Shown here piece by piece: positions 59,919 through 64,000 of a stretch of DNA of 64,000 bases. This stretch comes from Candidatus Latescibacterota bacterium. Its GTDB lineage: Bacteria; Latescibacterota; UBA2968; UBA8231. Positions within the stretch are counted from its first letter, which is position 1. Every line of letters begins with the position of its first letter. The translations under genes were made by a program, and so were the position numbers. The stretch lies in NCBI GenBank assembly GCA_965221775.1, contig CBDCSU010000006.1, forward strand, positions 448,001 through 512,000, in the 5' to 3' direction. Under the pieces are notes generated by a model. It worked only from the letters and a program-made list of their open reading frames with translations, did not search any database and had not been told where the DNA came from.

Positions 59919-61004
59919 TCAGGCCGGGTGGCGCTCGCGCAGCAGGGCCGCCGCCTCGGCCTCGTTCTTCAGCTTGAGGTAGGGCTCCTCCAGGGGCATG
60001 TCGATGGCCAGGCCGGGGGCGAAGCCGCAGTCCGGGTTGAGGCTCAGGCGCCCGGCGTCGACGTGCTTCAGGGCCTCCTCCACGCGGCCGACGATCTCGG
60101 CGGTGGTGTCGATCTTCTCGAAGCGGCACTCCACGGCGCCGAGACCGATCAGGCGGTCCTCGGGCAGCCGCCTGAGGATGGAGACGTCCCCGGCCACGGG
60201 GATGCTGAACTCCATCACGTACTGGTCGACGTCGATCCTGCACACCGTCTCGACGATCGGGTCGTAGCCGCCCTCGGCGCCCCAGCCGCGGCGGCCGTAG
60301 TTGCGCCGGCACAGGTGCAGGGCGGTCTGCACCTTGTCGAGGCCCGCGATCATGCCGTTGATCGCGTCGGCCGCCAGGTCCATCTCGTAGCGGGCGTCCT
60401 CGAAGCTGTCGCGGTACGAGGGATCGACGAGCACGCACAGGTGGGGCTCGTCGATCTGCACGACGGTGACCCCCGTCTCCTGCAGGGCCAGCAGCTCCTG
60501 GCGCAGGATGACGGCGACCTCCTCGATGAAACGGTCGCGCGTCGGATAGGCGCGGGAGGAGACCTCCCGCTCCCACAGGCGGACCCCGAGCAGGTAGGGC
60601 GACGGCACGCAGACCTTGGTCATGCGGTCGGTGGCTTCCACCAGGAAGCGGGCCTCCGACGCGATCAGCCCGGGGTTGACGACCTCCATCGGCTCGGTGA
60701 CCGAGATCCCCCAGCGGTGCGGCTCGGGGCGCGCGTCCTCGCTGAAGCCGGTGGCGATGTCGGCGATGATGTGGGTGTAGGCGTGGCGGCGCCACTCGCC
60801 GTCGCTGACCAGGTCGAGGCCGGCCTGCTCCTGCACGGCGATGGCGTAGCCCACGGCGGCGTTCATCTGCCGCGACCGGGCCGCCGCCGCCGAGGCCGGA
60901 CCCGGCAGCTCGGGCAGCATCTCGCGCACCATCATCGGCCGCGGCAGGCTGCCGACGACGCCGGCGGCGAAGGGGGTGCTGGTGAATCTCTCGGAAAGGG
61001 CCAT
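59919..61004 (-). CDS. Cobalamin-independent methionine synthase II family (single-domain MetE-like)
   Basis: VGSLPRP, SDGEWRR, QIDEP, Zn ligands LHLC / MEF / PDCGF. Confidence 0.85.
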   Translation of the reverse strand: MALSERFTSTPFAAGVVGSLPRPMMVREMLPELPGPASAAAARSRQMNAAVGYAIAVQEQAGLDLVSDGEWRRHAYTHIIADIATGFSEDARPEPHRWGISVTEPMEVVNPGLIASEARFLVEATDRMTKVCVPSPYLLGVRLWEREVSSRAYPTRDRFIEEVAVILRQELLALQETGVTVVQIDEPHLCVLVDPSYRDSFEDARYEMDLAADAINGMIAGLDKVQTALHLCRRNYGRRGWGAEGGYDPIVETVCRIDVDQYVMEFSIPVAGDVSILRRLPEDRLIGLGAVECRFEKIDTTAEIVGRVEEALKHVDAGRLSLNPDCGFAPGLAIDMPLEEPYLKLKNEAEAAALLRERHPA

Positions 61005-61075
61005 GCAGAGAGAGTAGCGGGGATCGGGGCCTCTGTCTACCATTGCCCGAACCACCCGACACAGGAGACCGCACG

Positions 61076-61912
61076 ATGCTCACGAAGGACCAGATCGACC
61101 ACTATCACCGCCACGGCTTCGTCAAGGTGGACGGCCTGTTCTCGCCGCGCGAGACCGACGAGCTGGCTGCCGACATGGTGCGCATCATCGAGGAGTGGGG
61201 GGAGGAGACGATCGGCTGGAGGGGCCCCTGGCGCGACCGCTACCTCGACGAGGAAGAGCGCCTCAACACCAAGGCCGTCTTCCTGCACCGGCCGGACTTC
61301 TACTCCGCCGTGTGGTCCCGCGTCATCCACCACGAGGGCCTCTTGGGCGGCGTCCGCGACCTGGTGGGCGACAGCGTGCAGTGGCACCACACGGTGCTCC
61401 ACGCCAAGCCGCCCGAGCGGGGCACGCCCTTCCCCATGCACCAGGACTACCCCTTCTACCCCCACGACGGCCCCCACTTCGTCGACTGCCTGCTGCACCT
61501 CGACGACGCGCCCCTGGAGAGCGGCGCCCTGCACATCGTCCCCGGCAGCCACAAGGGCGGGCCCCTGGAGCACATCCTCGGCCCGGAGACGGCGCCCCAC
61601 CTGCCCCCCGACGAGTACCACCCCGACCTCATCGACACGGTGACGATCCCGGCGTCGCGGGGCGACGTCATCTTCTTCAGCTATCTCGCCATCCACTGGT
61701 CGGACTGCAACCGCACCGACGAGTGGCGCAAGGCGGTCCGCTTCGGCTACCACAGCACCGCCATGCGCCCCGTGGGCCGCGCCGACGACGACCCGCACCG
61801 GATCGACCCCGACAACATCCTGCCGCGCAACGACAACATCGTCGTCGCCGGGTTCCGCCCGGGGGAGAAGGAGCGCGCGCCGGTGCCGGCCTCGGTGCAG
61901 GTGGGGGCGTGA
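61076..61912 (+). CDS. PhyH family dioxygenase
   Basis: AGGAG RBS; YHRHGF, MHQD, VPGSHK, IHWS. Confidence 0.9.
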   Translation: MLTKDQIDHYHRHGFVKVDGLFSPRETDELAADMVRIIEEWGEETIGWRGPWRDRYLDEEERLNTKAVFLHRPDFYSAVWSRVIHHEGLLGGVRDLVGDSVQWHHTVLHAKPPERGTPFPMHQDYPFYPHDGPHFVDCLLHLDDAPLESGALHIVPGSHKGGPLEHILGPETAPHLPPDEYHPDLIDTVTIPASRGDVIFFSYLAIHWSDCNRTDEWRKAVRFGYHSTAMRPVGRADDDPHRIDPDNILPRNDNIVVAGFRPGEKERAPVPASVQVGA

Positions 61913-64000
61913 GGGCCGTCCTGGCGCTGGCGTCCCTCGCCGTCCTGGCCACCGCGGCACTTGCCAAGGAAGAGGAGAAGGTGAAGCCCATGCCCGCCCC
62001 GGCGGCCGAGAAGCGCCCCCACGAGCTGACCGCCCACGGCGACGTGCGCGTCGACGACTACTACTGGCTGCGCGAGCGCGACAACCCCGAGGTCACCGCC
62101 TACCTGGAGGCCGAGAACGACTACACCCGGTCGGTGATGGCCCACACCGAGCCGCTGCAGGAGCGCCTCTTCGAGGAGATCAAAGGGCGCATCAAGCAGA
62201 CCGACTCGACGGCCCCCTCCCGCCGGGGCGAGTATTTCTACTACACCCGCTACGAGGACGGGAAGGAGTACCCCATCCACTGCCGGCGCCGCGGCTCGAT
62301 GGAGGCGGAGGAGGAGGTCCTCCTTGACGTCAACGCTCTCGCCGAGGGCCACGAGTACTACGACGTCAGCTCCTGGGCGGTGAACCCGAGCCAGGACGTG
62401 CTCGCCTTCGCCGCCGACACCACGGGGCGCGGCATCTGCACCATCCACTTCAAGGACCTGTCCACGGGCCGGGTGCGGGAGGAGAGCATTTCCTCGGCCA
62501 CCTCCAACCTCGCCTGGGCCGAGGACGACCGCACCCTGTTCTACATGCGCCAGCACCCCGAGACCCTGCGCTGGTACCGCCTCTACCGCCACGAGCTGGC
62601 CACCGACGCGTCGGAGGACGTCCTCGTCTACGAGGAGGAGGACGAGACCTTCGACGCCTACGTCTTCAAGACCCGCTCGCGGGCCTGGATCGTGCTGGGC
62701 CTGTGGCAGACGGTGAGCAACGAGTACCGCTTCGTCCCCGCCGACGAGCCCCGGGCCGAGTTCCGCCTGCTGGCGCCGCGGCAGCGCGACCACGAGTACA
62801 CCATCGACCACGGCAACGGCTGGTTCTACGTGGTCACCAACGACGGGGCGCGCAACTTCCGTCTCATGCGCACCCCGGAGGACGCCACCGGGCGCGAGCA
62901 CTGGGAGGAGGTGATCCCCCACCGCGAGGACGTGCTTCTGGAGGACGTGGACGTCTTCGACGGCCACCTGGTCACCGCGGAGCGCAAGGACGGCCTGCGG
63001 CGGCTGCGAATCCGCCGTCTGGATACCGCCGCCGACCACGAGATCGACTTCGGCGAGCCCGCCTATCTCGCCTACACCTACGGCAACTGGGAGTTCGACA
63101 CCTCGACCCTGCGCTACCGCTACCAGTCTCTCACCACGCCCGACTCCGACTACGACTACGACATGGACACCAAGGAGCGGGTCCTGGTGAAGCGCGAGGA
63201 GGTCCTCGGCGGCGACTTCGACCCCGCCAACTACCGCACCGAGCGCCTCTGGGCCCCGGCCCGCGACGGCGCCCGCGTTCCCATCTCCATCGTCTACCGC
63301 AAGGGCCTGGAGCGCGACGGCAGCCGTCCCCTCCTGCTCTACGGGTACGGCTCCTACGGCTACACCATCGACGCCTCCTTCGCCTCCAACCGCCTGAGCC
63401 TCCTCGACCGCGGCTTCGTCTACGCCATCGCCCACGTGCGCGGCGGCCAGGCCCTCGGCCGCGCCTGGTACGACGACGGCAAGCTGCTGCGCAAGAAGAA
63501 CACCTTCACCGACTTCATCGACTGCGCCGGGCACCTCGTCGAGCAGGGGTACACGAGCCCCGAGCGGCTCTACGCCCAGGGGGGCAGCGCCGGGGGCCTG
63601 CTCGTGGGCGCGGTGATGAACATGCGCCCCGACCTGTTCCACGGCATCGTCGCCCAGGTGCCGTGGGTCGACGTGGTGACCACCATGCTCGACGACAGCA
63701 TCCCCCTGACCACGGGCGAGTACGACGAGTGGGGGAACCCGAACGAGAAGGAGTACTACGACTACATGCTGTCGTACTCCCCCTACGACAACCTCGCCGC
63801 CGCCGACTACCCGCACCTGCTCGTCCTCACCAGCGTCGAGGACGCCGCCGTCCAGTACTGGGAGCCGGCCAAGTGGGTCGCCCGCCAGCGCGCCCTGCGC
63901 ACCGGCGACTCGCGGCTGCTGCTGAAGACGGAGATGGTCGCCGGCCACGGCGGGCCGTCGGGCCGCTACCGACGGTACCGGGAGACGGCGCTGGTCTATG
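61909..64000 (+). CDS. ptrB: Oligopeptidase B (S9A), signal-peptide bearing, 3'-truncated by the window edge
   Basis: Absent from the ORF track (no stop); GTG 61909 overlaps the PhyH stop; HGDVRVDDYYWLR, LLYGYGSYG, HVRGG, GGSAGGLL, EWGNP, YWEPAKW, AGHGG. Confidence 0.9.
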   Translation, partial: MRAVLALASLAVLATAALAKEEEKVKPMPAPAAEKRPHELTAHGDVRVDDYYWLRERDNPEVTAYLEAENDYTRSVMAHTEPLQERLFEEIKGRIKQTDSTAPSRRGEYFYYTRYEDGKEYPIHCRRRGSMEAEEEVLLDVNALAEGHEYYDVSSWAVNPSQDVLAFAADTTGRGICTIHFKDLSTGRVREESISSATSNLAWAEDDRTLFYMRQHPETLRWYRLYRHELATDASEDVLVYEEEDETFDAYVFKTRSRAWIVLGLWQTVSNEYRFVPADEPRAEFRLLAPRQRDHEYTIDHGNGWFYVVTNDGARNFRLMRTPEDATGREHWEEVIPHREDVLLEDVDVFDGHLVTAERKDGLRRLRIRRLDTAADHEIDFGEPAYLAYTYGNWEFDTSTLRYRYQSLTTPDSDYDYDMDTKERVLVKREEVLGGDFDPANYRTERLWAPARDGARVPISIVYRKGLERDGSRPLLLYGYGSYGYTIDASFASNRLSLLDRGFVYAIAHVRGGQALGRAWYDDGKLLRKKNTFTDFIDCAGHLVEQGYTSPERLYAQGGSAGGLLVGAVMNMRPDLFHGIVAQVPWVDVVTTMLDDSIPLTTGEYDEWGNPNEKEYYDYMLSYSPYDNLAAADYPHLLVLTSVEDAAVQYWEPAKWVARQRALRTGDSRLLLKTEMVAGHGGPSGRYRRYRETALVY

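Overview
GC-rich (roughly 70% by eye) bacterial chromosome segment with about 50 protein-coding genes; no rRNA, tRNA, CRISPR array or transposase was recognised. Four PhyH-family dioxygenases, an LRR protein, a cadherin/FN3/Calx-beta lipoprotein, FG-GAP/ASPIC-UnbV proteins and an FlgD/T9SS-like C-terminal domain suggest an FCB-group (Latescibacterota/Gemmatimonadota-like), possibly sponge-associated, organism; this taxonomy is inference only. Main blocks: (1) catabolic oxidoreductases and surface proteins (1-15.7 kb), including a glutaredoxin next to a voltage-sensor channel with a non-canonical filter, and an MNT-HEPN pair whose toxin appears to lack its active site; (2) a metal-homeostasis region with a Fur-family regulator + fused CbiM-N/CbiQ-O ECF transporter + COG0523 GTPase + WD40 operon, converging on a TonB/DUF4856 operon that has a long structured leader and a frameshifted receptor (15.7-32.2 kb); (3) MFS, PQQ/cytochrome c dehydrogenase, and a DegT-epimerase-MlrC operon; (4) a secreted/envelope operon (39.8-51.5 kb) whose first gene appears to carry an H2B-H2A-like histone-fold doublet fused to an FG-GAP beta-propeller, the most striking observation; (5) housekeeping/envelope genes (M16C peptidase, anmK, O-antigen ligase-like, MetE-like, oligopeptidase B). 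All family assignments come from recognising motifs by eye; no database searches were run.
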